IMG/VR virus record: IMGVR_UViG_3300027265_000007
Span: 1-38,569 of that record
Reading direction: 5' to 3' (one strand)
Source of the DNA: a virus
Lineage: Duplodnaviria > Caudoviricetes
DNA length: 38,569 nucleotides
The notes below the pieces were generated by a model. The model had not been told where the DNA came from. It saw only the letters and a program-made list of their open reading frames with translations, and searched no databases. Shown here in pieces: positions 7,907 to 16,736 of this stretch; the first letter of the stretch is position 1, and the number at the start of each line of letters is the position of its first letter. The translations under genes were made by a program, and so were the position numbers.

Positions 7907-8755
7907 TTACAGTCCTGCCGTGTTGTCCATCATCCACGCTGCCAGGTTGGTATACGAACCAGACGCAATCGTTATGTCAGCCGGTCCGGTCGAAGGGTTC
8001 ACATGGACCCGTGGGCTCAGGGTTTCACCAGCGGCCATGTACTTGTAACCCCTGATGTTGAACGGCATCCAGTGTGCTGCACCCTCGGACCGCATGACGG
8101 CCCCGATCAGCCGTGTGTTGGGCGTGTCATCGTCGCTGATGCCAGCGTATACGTTGCGGTCACCGTCCGTGTGACAGTGCAGCATGGATTCGATCTTCAT
8201 CATGCAGGGGCGTGGGGCCATGACCCGCCAAAGGAACAGATAGGCCACTTCATAGTTGCTACCGGCTGCACAGTTGTTCAGCGTCTGGTCTTCTGCCTTG
8301 GTTGCCAGTCCCACGAAGCCCTGGCCGTGGGGCGGGAAGTGGACGGCGTTGACCACTTCGGTGATGGCCGTCCCGCTGGTCTTGACCCGTCCGAGACACA
8401 GCCAGAAGACTGTGGGGGCGGAACCGGCCATCCAGTTGCAGGTGGCTTCATGGATTACCTGGGCGTCGGACACGTTGCCCGATCCGTCACAGGTGACCTT
8501 CAGGTGGATGAACCGTGTGGCGTTTGTGCCAAGGGCGGCTAGGTCGAATGTTGCCAGCGGGGCTGACTGGCGGACCAGGTGGCCGCCCATGACGGCTTCA
8601 CCGGCTGTCACCGTAACCACACCACCGGACAGTGACAGGCTCAGGCCGTACACCGCCCAGTTGTAGTCACCTGCCCAGGTGGTTCGTAGGTTGGGCTCAG
8701 ACAGGGCCTTGCCGCCGCCCACGTTGTTGGCACTCGGGAATACCTGTAGGGTCAT
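7907..8755 (-). CDS. tail fibre/receptor-binding protein candidate
   Basis: Last tail gene. N-terminal GLSLS..VTVTAGEAVMGGH anchor-type segment and beta-rich C-terminus. Confidence 0.6.
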   Translation of the reverse strand: MTLQVFPSANNVGGGKALSEPNLRTTWAGDYNWAVYGLSLSLSGGVVTVTAGEAVMGGHLVRQSAPLATFDLAALGTNATRFIHLKVTCDGSGNVSDAQVIHEATCNWMAGSAPTVFWLCLGRVKTSGTAITEVVNAVHFPPHGQGFVGLATKAEDQTLNNCAAGSNYEVAYLFLWRVMAPRPCMMKIESMLHCHTDGDRNVYAGISDDDTPNTRLIGAVMRSEGAAHWMPFNIRGYKYMAAGETLSPRVHVNPSTGPADITIASGSYTNLAAWMMDNTAGL

Positions 8756-8769
8756 CGTTCAGTCCTTCC

Positions 8770-9219
8770 TTACGGTGTTCCGATTGCCACTGACCAGGTG
8801 ATCGTCAGCGTCACGGCGGAAGTCTTGTTGACGGTGGCGGCCAGGACGTACCTGGCAAACAGCGTGGAACCAACCCACAGCCCCACTTCGGCCAGGGTGT
8901 TGCCGTTGGCTTCCTGGCTGCCGATGAACCGCTGGACGATGATCTGGCCGGTCCCCAGTGACCGCTGGCTGATGCCACCGGTGTTCACCTGGGACACCAG
9001 GGCCGTGTCATTGGCGTTGGCTGCCGTGTTGCCTGTGCCCAGGGATATGGCTGACAGCCCGATCCCAGTTCTTGAGCCGTACAGGGCATCACGGATGATG
9101 TTGCGGCCAGCGGCCACCACCAGGTTGTGTCCCTGTTCGGTGTGCAGCAGCCGTCCGGACTCGGCGTCACGGACTTCCACGCACAGGTTCACGCCAACCT
9201 TCAGGGCATCGTTCATCAC
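8770..9219 (-). CDS. baseplate/tail-fibre attachment protein
   Basis: NLVVAAGRN, ISLGTGNTAANANDTAL, EANGNTLAEVGL, LFAR, KTS..LTITW pattern of small phage tail-tip proteins. Confidence 0.7.
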   Translation of the reverse strand: MMNDALKVGVNLCVEVRDAESGRLLHTEQGHNLVVAAGRNIIRDALYGSRTGIGLSAISLGTGNTAANANDTALVSQVNTGGISQRSLGTGQIIVQRFIGSQEANGNTLAEVGLWVGSTLFARYVLAATVNKTSAVTLTITWSVAIGTP

Positions 9220-10637
9220 GCCACCACTTCCGACAGGCCAACCTGGCCGGTTCCTACTTCATCAACCAATGGCGTTCCGGTGAAGGTTTCAACGGTCACG
9301 GTATCGGTCAGCACCACACTGTCAGCCACCGCTTCCACCTTGTTCAGAACCGTGGCCACGTCAGGCTTCACGGACTTCTGGGCCTTCCTGATCTCAGCCA
9401 GCCAGGCAGCCAGGCCGTGAAGCGTGGACCCAGCCGTGATCGTGAACTTCCAGTCCTCTGAAGTGTAAGGGCTGATGTTGACTTCCTGGACCATGAACTG
9501 CCCTTCAGCGTCACGGTCCGGAAGGTCCACGGTGACAACCTGCCCAGGGGCCCAGCCCGTGGTGTAGGTGGCAAAGGACACGGTGACCTTCGGGTTGGCC
9601 CACTCCCGCAGTTGGGCTTCACCGGCAGCTGTGGCCTGATCCAAGTTGGTCAGGCTTTCGTCCGTCAGTGTGTCTTCAATGATGCCGTCCCCGCCGAAGA
9701 TGGCCGCTATGGCCGCCTGGCTGTCTGTGTCATCCACGGTCACGATGATGGGGACTTCAGGCCAGTAGGTGAACAGCAGGTGGACACCGGCACCGATGGT
9801 GGCCTGGTTGTCCTGTGCCTTCAGGGTCCTGGATGACGGGTTGTATAGGTACTGGAACAGGGTGGGGTCATCCACGCCGTCCAGGCCCACGATCTTGGAC
9901 ACGCCACCCACGGTCACCGTCTTGACCTGGTAGGCCGTCTGGTCCGTGACCCACTCCCGTGTGGACCCGTCGCCTACCCAGTCGGCCTGTACCGTGACGG
10001 CACCCTTGCCCACGCCCCCACGAACGGTGATCCGGTTCTTGACGCCCTGCCCGTCTTCACCGATCTGGAAGTCAGTGAACTTGCCGCCTGGCTTCAGGAC
10101 CATGGGTGCCGATTCACCGGCGTTCAGGTCGAAGAAGTGAAGGTCCCCGAAGTAGTCAGGAAACCAGTGCCAGCCCACCTGGTCACAGATGGCCGTGAAG
10201 GCGTCACCAATGGCCACGTCTATCAGGTCCAGGTATTCGATGGACAGGTCACACTCGGCAACGTGCAGCGTCCCGAAGTCTGGGGCGTATCGTGACGCCA
10301 GGTCCAGGAAGGCGTCCGTGGCGTTGACGCCTTCGATCCGCTCAGTCAGCCGCTTGTGGTTCAGCCGCCAGGTGTCATCGTCACAGTCCACCGTCCATAT
10401 CTTCGTGGCAGACACGGGGTCATACGGGTCCAGGACGGGGTTGACCACCCAACCGGCGAACAGGCGGCCCAGGTCATCGTCTTCCACGATCACACGGGAC
10501 CCGAACAGCGGTTTGTCCCCCCTGACCCTGAACCGGCAGGTGTCAATGGCGTAGGACAGGGCACCCTTCAGGTCCAGCGAGGACCCCACATAGTCCCTGA
10601 ACCGGTCTACGCCGTTGATGTAGATGTGCCTGGCCAC
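9216..10637 (-). CDS. tail tip/baseplate hub (Tal-like) protein
   Basis: Start moved to GTG 10637 (TAGTG overlap with the tape measure stop). NRITVRGG, GWAPGQVVTV, FMVQEVNI are hub-like; directly follows the tape measure gene. Confidence 0.72.
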   Translation of the reverse strand: MARHIYINGVDRFRDYVGSSLDLKGALSYAIDTCRFRVRGDKPLFGSRVIVEDDDLGRLFAGWVVNPVLDPYDPVSATKIWTVDCDDDTWRLNHKRLTERIEGVNATDAFLDLASRYAPDFGTLHVAECDLSIEYLDLIDVAIGDAFTAICDQVGWHWFPDYFGDLHFFDLNAGESAPMVLKPGGKFTDFQIGEDGQGVKNRITVRGGVGKGAVTVQADWVGDGSTREWVTDQTAYQVKTVTVGGVSKIVGLDGVDDPTLFQYLYNPSSRTLKAQDNQATIGAGVHLLFTYWPEVPIIVTVDDTDSQAAIAAIFGGDGIIEDTLTDESLTNLDQATAAGEAQLREWANPKVTVSFATYTTGWAPGQVVTVDLPDRDAEGQFMVQEVNISPYTSEDWKFTITAGSTLHGLAAWLAEIRKAQKSVKPDVATVLNKVEAVADSVVLTDTVTVETFTGTPLVDEVGTGQVGLSEVVA

Positions 10638-13399
10638 TAGACAACGCCCATCCGGTGAAGTTCTCGGTAGATTTCCTGGGCGGCAGACCGTGGGTCCTGG
10701 GACCCGTTCACTTCGATCTTGATGGTGTTCCGGTTGATGACCGTCCCACCCGTGGCCACGCTGTTGGGCATACCGGCCAGGCCGATTCCGCCAAGCGACG
10801 GGCTGAAGTTCAAGGCGTTGGCTGCCTTCATAGCTTCGGCGGCCAGTCTCGGAACACCCTTCTTGATGCCGGTGGCGTACATGGCCATGAAGGCCGGTGC
10901 CCACTTGTGTGCCTTGCTGCCTGGGCCTTCCTCAGTCGGGGACTGGAAGCCCAGCAGACGCCTGATCTGTTCAGCCACCTGGCGTAGCCTGGCCGACACA
11001 GCACCCATGCCTTCATGGATGCCTTCGGCAAACGCCTTCATGGCGTTGTGGCCGTTGACCTTCAGCTTCTTGATGGTGGCCTTGAAGGCTTCCGTGGCAG
11101 CGTTCGCCTGGGCGTTAAGGGATGCCTTCAGCGGGGCCAGTTCACGCCTGGCTTCAGCGTCGGCAATCTTGGCCTTCTGGGCGTACAGGGCCAGGTATGC
11201 CTTCAGTTCGGCCTGGGTCATGGATGACAGGGCCGCAACCTGACCGGCTGCCTGGGGACCGGCTGCCTGAAGTTCGGCCATCAGGCCGCCCTGGACGCCA
11301 CGCTGGGCCAGGGTCTTCATCTGTGCAGCCCAGGTCTTCATCTGGGCCACCTGTGCGGCCAGGTTGTCAGCCAGGAACGTCTTGTTGGTCTGGGTGATCT
11401 GGGGGGCGTCAAAGGTGCTGAAGCCGCCCATGATCTCAGACTTCTTGGCGGTCAGGGCATCGGTCCAGGACTGGCGAAGTTCGGTCAGCTTGGCACGGTA
11501 TCCGGACACGGCATCAGACAGGGACTTGAAGGCCGCTTTGCCCATTTCCTTGGCGGACTTGGCAGCCAGCTTCCCGTGGTCCTTGACGGCGTTGGCGAAG
11601 CCCTGAACAAAGAACTTGCCCACGGCGTATGCCTTGGTGGACGGGGACTTGATGCCCAGCACGGCCTTGAGTGCCGTCAGGATGGACGTTCCCAGGCCCC
11701 TGACCTTCTCCACAACCCAGTCCACCATGCCCTTGGCACCGTTCCACAGGCCGGTGACAATGTTGGACCCGATGGACGCCACGCCTGACACGGCTGACTT
11801 GAGCCCGTTCACGATGCTGTTCCAGGCCCTGGTGACGGCACCCTTGATGGCACCCCAGGCCGATCCCACGCTGGACTTCACCTTGGACCAGGCCGAACTT
11901 ACGGCTGACACTACGCCGTGGAACGCCGATCCTGCCGCACCCTTGATGGCCGCCCAGGCACCCTTCAGGGCACCGGTGATGCTTGCCCATGCGGACGTGG
12001 CAGCGGTCTTGATACCGGCCCACAGGCCCTTGAAGAAGGCTTTGATGGGCTTCCAGTAGATGATGATAAGGGCGGCAGCCGCCACAATGGCCATGACAAC
12101 CAGCCCGATGGGGTTCATGGCCATCACGAAGTTGACCGCCGCCATGGCAAGCTGGACGCCCTTCAGGATTGCGCTGATCGTCTTGAAGGCGACAAAGGCC
12201 AGCACAATGTCCTTCACCAGCATCTTGACCATGGGCCCGTTGTCGGACACCCACTTCAGGAACCCCTGGATGCCGTTGAACACGGCTGTGAACTTGTCTT
12301 TGTTGTTGGCAATCACGGTTCCGATGGTGCTGATGGCTTCCTTGGCCCCGTTGAAGGCAGCGGCCAGAATCTTGCCCACCGATCCCATGATGGGCTTCAG
12401 CTTCGGCAGGTTGGCGGCTGCCCACTTCACGCCGGTCTTCAGCATCCCCATTGGGTCAATGCCCTTGGTGTCTGCTCCGGACTTGAAGGACTTGAACAGT
12501 TCGCCCACCAGACGCTTGCCGGTGTTGACGATGGATGACAGGTTCTTCACAAGGTCCTTGGGCAGTATCGTTTCCAGGGCCTTGGACATTCCGCCCTTCT
12601 TGAAGGCTTCACTGAACGCCCCGAACTTCTCGATGATCTTGGGCATGACCGCCTTCAGGTTGTCGAACATGGGTTTGAAGACGGTCCCCAGGGTCATGTT
12701 CACGGTGTCCTTGATGGTGGACACCATGCCGCTGAAGGTCTTGGACTGGGCGTCAGCCATGCCACCGTACTTGTCGGCCACGATCTTCTTGACGGCCTTC
12801 ATGGCGTCATTGACTGAACCCTTGTATGACCCTTGCTTGTCGAACTTGAGCCCCGCACCTTCCAGCATGGGGCGTGATATGCCGAACTCCCGCAACCGTT
12901 CGAAGGCTTCACCGAAGGAACCGGACTTCAGCCTGGCGATTGCGGACGCCACTTCACCGATGGTGGCCTGTGGGTTGGCAGCGGCCAGGTCACCTACCCA
13001 CTTGATGACCTTATCGCCTTCCAGGCCCACGGTCTGAAGGGTCCTGGCAGCGTTGGCTATGTCGGGGAACTCAAACGGCGTGGTGGCAGCGTATTGGTAC
13101 AGGTTCTTGATGATCCCTGACGCCTTGTCGGCATCACGGGTCAGGACCTGGAAGGCTACCTGGTTCTGCTCAAGGACGCTGTTGATGTCAAGACCGGCAC
13201 CCACCGTGGACTTCATCACTTCGGCTATGCCGTTGAAGCCGATGGTGGATGCAGCCATGGCAGCACCGGTGGCAAGGGCACCCTTCAGGGTGTTGCCAAA
13301 GGCTTTGGCGTGGCCTTCGTTGGACTTCAGACCGGCCCTGAACTTGCCGTCCTTCAGGCCCAGTTCTACGAAGACTTCACCTACATTCAGTCCGCCCAT
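10637..13399 (-). CDS. tape measure protein (920 aa)
   Basis: AATTPFEFPDI and QSKTFSGMVSTIKD motifs, hydrophobic segment MNPIGLVVMAIVAAA, 11-residue W/F periodicity, LGIKSPS; follows the tail chaperones. Confidence 0.95.
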   Translation of the reverse strand: MGGLNVGEVFVELGLKDGKFRAGLKSNEGHAKAFGNTLKGALATGAAMAASTIGFNGIAEVMKSTVGAGLDINSVLEQNQVAFQVLTRDADKASGIIKNLYQYAATTPFEFPDIANAARTLQTVGLEGDKVIKWVGDLAAANPQATIGEVASAIARLKSGSFGEAFERLREFGISRPMLEGAGLKFDKQGSYKGSVNDAMKAVKKIVADKYGGMADAQSKTFSGMVSTIKDTVNMTLGTVFKPMFDNLKAVMPKIIEKFGAFSEAFKKGGMSKALETILPKDLVKNLSSIVNTGKRLVGELFKSFKSGADTKGIDPMGMLKTGVKWAAANLPKLKPIMGSVGKILAAAFNGAKEAISTIGTVIANNKDKFTAVFNGIQGFLKWVSDNGPMVKMLVKDIVLAFVAFKTISAILKGVQLAMAAVNFVMAMNPIGLVVMAIVAAAALIIIYWKPIKAFFKGLWAGIKTAATSAWASITGALKGAWAAIKGAAGSAFHGVVSAVSSAWSKVKSSVGSAWGAIKGAVTRAWNSIVNGLKSAVSGVASIGSNIVTGLWNGAKGMVDWVVEKVRGLGTSILTALKAVLGIKSPSTKAYAVGKFFVQGFANAVKDHGKLAAKSAKEMGKAAFKSLSDAVSGYRAKLTELRQSWTDALTAKKSEIMGGFSTFDAPQITQTNKTFLADNLAAQVAQMKTWAAQMKTLAQRGVQGGLMAELQAAGPQAAGQVAALSSMTQAELKAYLALYAQKAKIADAEARRELAPLKASLNAQANAATEAFKATIKKLKVNGHNAMKAFAEGIHEGMGAVSARLRQVAEQIRRLLGFQSPTEEGPGSKAHKWAPAFMAMYATGIKKGVPRLAAEAMKAANALNFSPSLGGIGLAGMPNSVATGGTVINRNTIKIEVNGSQDPRSAAQEIYRELHRMGVV

Positions 13400-13409
13400 G
13401 CCTTGCCGC

Positions 13410-13628
13410 CTATCCGCCGCCCCATGCCATCAGGTCTGCCATCGTCAGCGTGTTGCTCACGTCGAAGTCAGGCCGTCCTTCTTCACTGTTGATCTGGTTG
13501 TGGGCTTCTATCAGGGCCCCCAGCTTCTTCAGTGTGCAACGCCAGAACGTGTGTTCATCCAACCCCAGGACCGTTCGGCCCATGTAATAGAGTGCTGGCC
13601 AGTCTAGGCTGGCCCTTCGGCGTTTCCC
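13410..13628 (-). CDS. tail assembly chaperone C-terminal (gpT-like) frame reached by -1 frameshift
   Basis: Hand translation of the -1 frame: RRRASLDWPALYYMGRTVLGLDEHTFWRCTLKKLGALIEAH...MAWGGG*, stop at 13410-13412. Confidence 0.8.
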   Translation of the reverse strand, partial: GKRRRASLDWPALYYMGRTVLGLDEHTFWRCTLKKLGALIEAHNQINSEEGRPDFDVSNTLTMADLMAWGGG

Positions 13629-14056
13629 TGATCGGCACCCTGGGGCAACTCGATACCGGCGTCCTTGACGGACTCGGCCATCTTCTGGGCGTCTTCGATC
13701 TTCTTCCGGACTTCCTCCGGAACCTGGGACATGAAGGCGTCCATCAGGGCCGCCCCAACGTCACCGATGTTGCCCATGCCGATCCACGAACCCACGTCCT
13801 GCTCAGACGGCTTGCCGTCGAAGAACGTGGTGTAGTCCGCGCTGCCCTCGGGCTTGGCAGCCAGGGTGGCGTGGACCATGAACCGGATGGGCTTTACCTT
13901 GCCCTCATCCACCAGTTCGAAGGCGTGTTCAACGCTGTCATACACGTCTTCGATCTCGGCCATGCTGTTCAGGTCGAACAGCAGGTGGCGGACCTTGCCG
14001 CCCAGCGTGACCTTGGACGGCTTGGGCCGTACCGCTTCCAGCTTGCGTTCCGTCAT
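13604..14056 (-). CDS. tail assembly chaperone (gpG-like)
   Basis: Between tail tube and tape measure; LLFDLNSMAEIED motif; slippery site near the 3' end. Confidence 0.85.
   Translation of the reverse strand: MTERKLEAVRPKPSKVTLGGKVRHLLFDLNSMAEIEDVYDSVEHAFELVDEGKVKPIRFMVHATLAAKPEGSADYTTFFDGKPSEQDVGSWIGMGNIGDVGAALMDAFMSQVPEEVRKKIEDAQKMAESVKDAGIELPQGADQGNAEGPA
13622..13628 (-). other. programmed -1 ribosomal frameshift slippery heptamer G GGA AAC
   Basis: X XXY YYZ heptamer in the correct frame near the end of the chaperone ORF (CAG GGA AAC GCC). Confidence 0.85.
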
Positions 14057-14083
14057 GGGATGCCCCCTTCAGACAGTCCTACA

Positions 14084-14121
14084 CAGACGAACGAACGCCC
14101 CCACCGTAGCAGGGGCGTTCG
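14084..14121 (-). terminator. hairpin/weak terminator after the tail tube gene
   Basis: 10-bp inverted repeat CGAACGCCCC (14092-14101)/GGGGCGTTCG (14112-14121) with a short U-rich tail. Confidence 0.5.
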
Positions 14122-14138
14122 CCGTTGTTGCACTGTGG
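14103..14138 (-). promoter_or_regulatory. candidate phage late promoter (copy upstream of tail chaperone)
   Basis: CCACAGTGCAAC-N18-TACGGT, with TGn extension; same spacing as the copies at 22556 and 31145. Confidence 0.55.
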
Positions 14139-14147
14139 ACACGGGCC

Positions 14148-14708
14148 CTACTCGCTCAGGGCTGCCGCTGTCTCATTGGCGTCCAACTTGTATATCTTGC
14201 CGGTGGACTCGGTGGGTACGGCCTTGGCCGTCACCTTCATGCCGCCGAACTCGGACGCCCCAGGCTCAAGGGTGCCAGGATCGGTGGCCTTGCACTTGTG
14301 CAGGGTGAAGTTCACGCTGCCCAGGCCAAGACCGGCGTAGACCCAGCGGCCTTCGATCTTGAACCACTTGGGGCGGCTGTCCTTGCCCACTTCGTAGGAA
14401 GACACCTGGTTGGGCGTTGCGCCCGTGGTGGTGACTTCCACACCGGCCAGAATGGCCAGAACGTCCATGGACAGGTAGGCCGATTCGATCTCGATCTCAG
14501 CGGACTTCATCTTGGACCACACGTCCAGAAGGGTGCCGTCACCCTCAAGTTCAGCCGTCGCCATTTCAGGCTTGATGCTGACCTTGACCAGACCGGTGAT
14601 CGGTACGCCGTTGCCGTAGGTCGGGCCCACGCCGCTGTCAGCGGTCATTTCGTAGACCATCACATCGGTCAGTTCCATGACCTTGATCTTGGAAGTATCC
14701 AGTGCCAT
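14148..14708 (-). CDS. major tail tube protein
   Basis: 186 aa, beta-rich, TYG.GVPI.GL, AELEGD, WFKIEGR; RBS GAAGGTGA; canonical position. Confidence 0.85.
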   Translation of the reverse strand: MALDTSKIKVMELTDVMVYEMTADSGVGPTYGNGVPITGLVKVSIKPEMATAELEGDGTLLDVWSKMKSAEIEIESAYLSMDVLAILAGVEVTTTGATPNQVSSYEVGKDSRPKWFKIEGRWVYAGLGLGSVNFTLHKCKATDPGTLEPGASEFGGMKVTAKAVPTESTGKIYKLDANETAAALSE

Positions 14709-14730
14709 GTGTAGTTCACCTTCTTTCGGG

Positions 14731-15132
14731 TCAGTCAGGGGTGGCTACTACCACCATGTTCAGCACATACTCCTGCCGCCCCTGGCTGTCTTCACCGATG
14801 GGGGTAGGCGTGGCCGATGCCGTGGGCACGGTCAGGTAGACCTTGCCGCCTTGGCTGATGTGTCGGCCAACGCCATCAGGGAAGAACAGGGCGTGAATCG
14901 CCCAGGCAGCCGTCTTGGCGGCCTGAACACCCTTGGCCCTGACCGTCACTTGAACGGTTCGGGCCAGGTCCGGAAGCCCACTGAAGGCGGAAGCCGCCCC
15001 AGTGTCTGTCAGCCACACAGCCTTGTCAGGCGTTGGGGGCCGCTTGTCCAGGAACACGTCCTGGGCCAAGGCCGTGAAGCCGATCCCTGCATCCACCACG
15101 AAGGTGGCTAGGTCCCTTGTCATTTCGGCCAT
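14731..15132 (-). CDS. tail terminator/tail completion protein (minor capsid 3-like)
   Basis: PPTPDKAVWL.DTG, VQVTVRA, PIGEDSQGR..YVLN; upstream of the tail tube gene. Confidence 0.75.
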   Translation of the reverse strand: MAEMTRDLATFVVDAGIGFTALAQDVFLDKRPPTPDKAVWLTDTGAASAFSGLPDLARTVQVTVRAKGVQAAKTAAWAIHALFFPDGVGRHISQGGKVYLTVPTASATPTPIGEDSQGRQEYVLNMVVVATPD

Positions 15133-15139
15133 TACGCCG

Positions 15140-15499
15140 TCACCCCTTCAGGGCCACACGAATCTTGAGCCCCACCAGTGTGGGAATCTTCGGGGCGTTG
15201 CGCTTCAGTGGTGTCTCAAGGTACTTCCACTGACGCCCGTTCGGGTGGTTCATCTGTTCTTCATGCTGTCTGGCAGCATACAACGAAGCTGGCCCACCGT
15301 ATGCAACCTTCACGGCTGTCTGGCCTGGGACCGGCTCAGTAGTGGCTGACCCTTCAAGGGTTCCGTCCTTGTGTGGGACGATCTTCTGGGACTCAGCCTG
15401 GATAGCGTGGCCAGCGTCCATCAGACCTTCCATGGCGGCAGCGAGGGCAATCTGTTTCACCTTGGCGTCATGCCAGTCCACACGGATGGTGGTGTCCAT
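15140..15499 (-). CDS. HK97 gp10-like neck/tail component
   Basis: VPHKDGTLEGS, YAARQHE, QWKYLETP. Confidence 0.8.
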   Translation of the reverse strand: MDTTIRVDWHDAKVKQIALAAAMEGLMDAGHAIQAESQKIVPHKDGTLEGSATTEPVPGQTAVKVAYGGPASLYAARQHEEQMNHPNGRQWKYLETPLKRNAPKIPTLVGLKIRVALKG

Positions 15500-15802
15500 C
15501 TAGCACACCGCTTCGTAGTGGTCCAGACGCCCACCAAGGTCTGACTCAGGGGTGGCCTGGGCCACGGTCAGTTCCAGCCCGTTGAAGGTCAGCGTGTCGC
15601 CGGTCCTGATCTCGGATTCCGTCATCACGCTGAAGGACGATTGGTATTCCACGCCGTTGATAAGGACACGGCGGGTGGTGGGCTCTACACGGGCCTTGAT
15701 GGTGGCCGTGGACCCGTCCGCTTCGGCATACTCATTCATGCCGTCAGGCCAGTTCGGGCCCTTCCGGTGGGTCATTTCGTCGGTGTAGGCGTGGCCCATC
15801 AT
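15500..15802 (-). CDS. head closure/stopper protein
   Basis: 100 aa, beta-rich, IKARVE, IRTGD, HYE; position after the connector. Confidence 0.7.
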   Translation of the reverse strand: MMGHAYTDEMTHRKGPNWPDGMNEYAEADGSTATIKARVEPTTRRVLINGVEYQSSFSVMTESEIRTGDTLTFNGLELTVAQATPESDLGGRLDHYEAVC

Positions 15803-16311
15803 GCCAGGTCCGCCGTCTTCGCCAGGACCACGGACAGGATACGGTAGGCAGCCGGTGACAGCCTGGGCCCAAGTTGGGACTTGGCTATCTGTTCGGCGTT
15901 GGCGTACTCATTGGCCTTGCCAGCCCCGCCACCGATGATGCCGTTGGCCTGTTGCCGTGCCCTGTGGCGTTCGTACTCTGTGGTTTCCAGCAGGAAGATG
16001 GCCTGTTCACAGGTGGCGTCCTTGGCGTAGGGCTGGATGCCGTCTTCCGTGGCCATCCCGTCAGACCTGCGCCGGTTGGAAGCATCCATGGCGGCAGGGA
16101 CATAGAACTTCCGTGGGAAGGCGTGTGGCTGGCTGGGATCGGCCTTGGTGCCGTCGAACGCCAGGGCGTTGATCTGGCGGGTGGCGGTAATCAGTGCCTT
16201 GCCCTTGGTGGGCTCATCGGCACTGTCCCAGGCATCCGAGTGAAGCCGCCCAGCAAAGTAGGCTTCAGCTTCTTCCGAAGTGACCAGGCTGGTTGTCTCA
16301 GTCACGGCCAT
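15799..16311 (-). CDS. head-tail connector (adaptor; family often annotated DnaT-like)
   Basis: SLVTSEEAEAYF.GR, W, KALITATRQI, FDG.K....Q...FPR, ATCEQA. Confidence 0.8.
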   Translation of the reverse strand: MAVTETTSLVTSEEAEAYFAGRLHSDAWDSADEPTKGKALITATRQINALAFDGTKADPSQPHAFPRKFYVPAAMDASNRRRSDGMATEDGIQPYAKDATCEQAIFLLETTEYERHRARQQANGIIGGGAGKANEYANAEQIAKSQLGPRLSPAAYRILSVVLAKTADLA

Positions 16312-16322
16312 GGTGCTACCCC

Positions 16323-16736
16323 CTACTGCCCATCAAGGTCACGGTTGATACGGATGGGGATGTAACCCCCAGGCGGGACTGTCTCAGAAGTTCCATCAGA
16401 CCTGGCTACTTCGATCTCCAAGCTGGCGTCACGGTGCTGTTCCCCATCTTCGAACCCCACGCCGGTGAACATCGTATCGAACCTGACCCTGACCAGGCCG
16501 CCCACAATGTCCGTGACGTTGCAGGGCGGGATGATCGGTCCGGTATCGCCGTTCCTTCGAAGGATGGCCACCACCGTGCAGCCGGTCAGGTCCCATGCCT
16601 TGAAGCGGTTTCCGGACTCAGGGTCAACCCAGACGATCACGCTGTCAGGGTCACTGTCCGCTGCCAGCTGAAGCATCCGGAAGGACTTGTCCACCACATC
16701 ATGTGCCTTCAGTTCGATCACTGTTCCACCACCCAA
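16323..16736 (-). CDS. BppU N-terminal-like Ig-fold protein
   Basis: WDLTGCTV, VTD..GLVRV, LEIEV..DGTSETVP.GYIPIRI resemble the BppU_N domain. Confidence 0.6.
   Translation of the reverse strand: MGGGTVIELKAHDVVDKSFRMLQLAADSDPDSVIVWVDPESGNRFKAWDLTGCTVVAILRRNGDTGPIIPPCNVTDIVGGLVRVRFDTMFTGVGFEDGEQHRDASLEIEVARSDGTSETVPPGGYIPIRINRDLDGQ

Noticed and set aside
8140-8183. ACAGTGCAGC late-motif-like sequence inside the tail fibre gene, a possible lysis promoter
   Set aside because: It is intragenic with an imperfect core and ambiguous spacing to a -10; not distinguishable from chance by eye.
10638-10904. 89-aa N-terminal extension of the tail hub ORF in the track
   Set aside because: It overlaps the tape measure C-terminus; the TAGTG overlap at 10637 is the better start.
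13399-13628. Possible fusion of the gpT frame with the tape measure protein
   Set aside because: The gpT frame stops at TAG 13410-13412 and is out of frame with the tape measure ATG.
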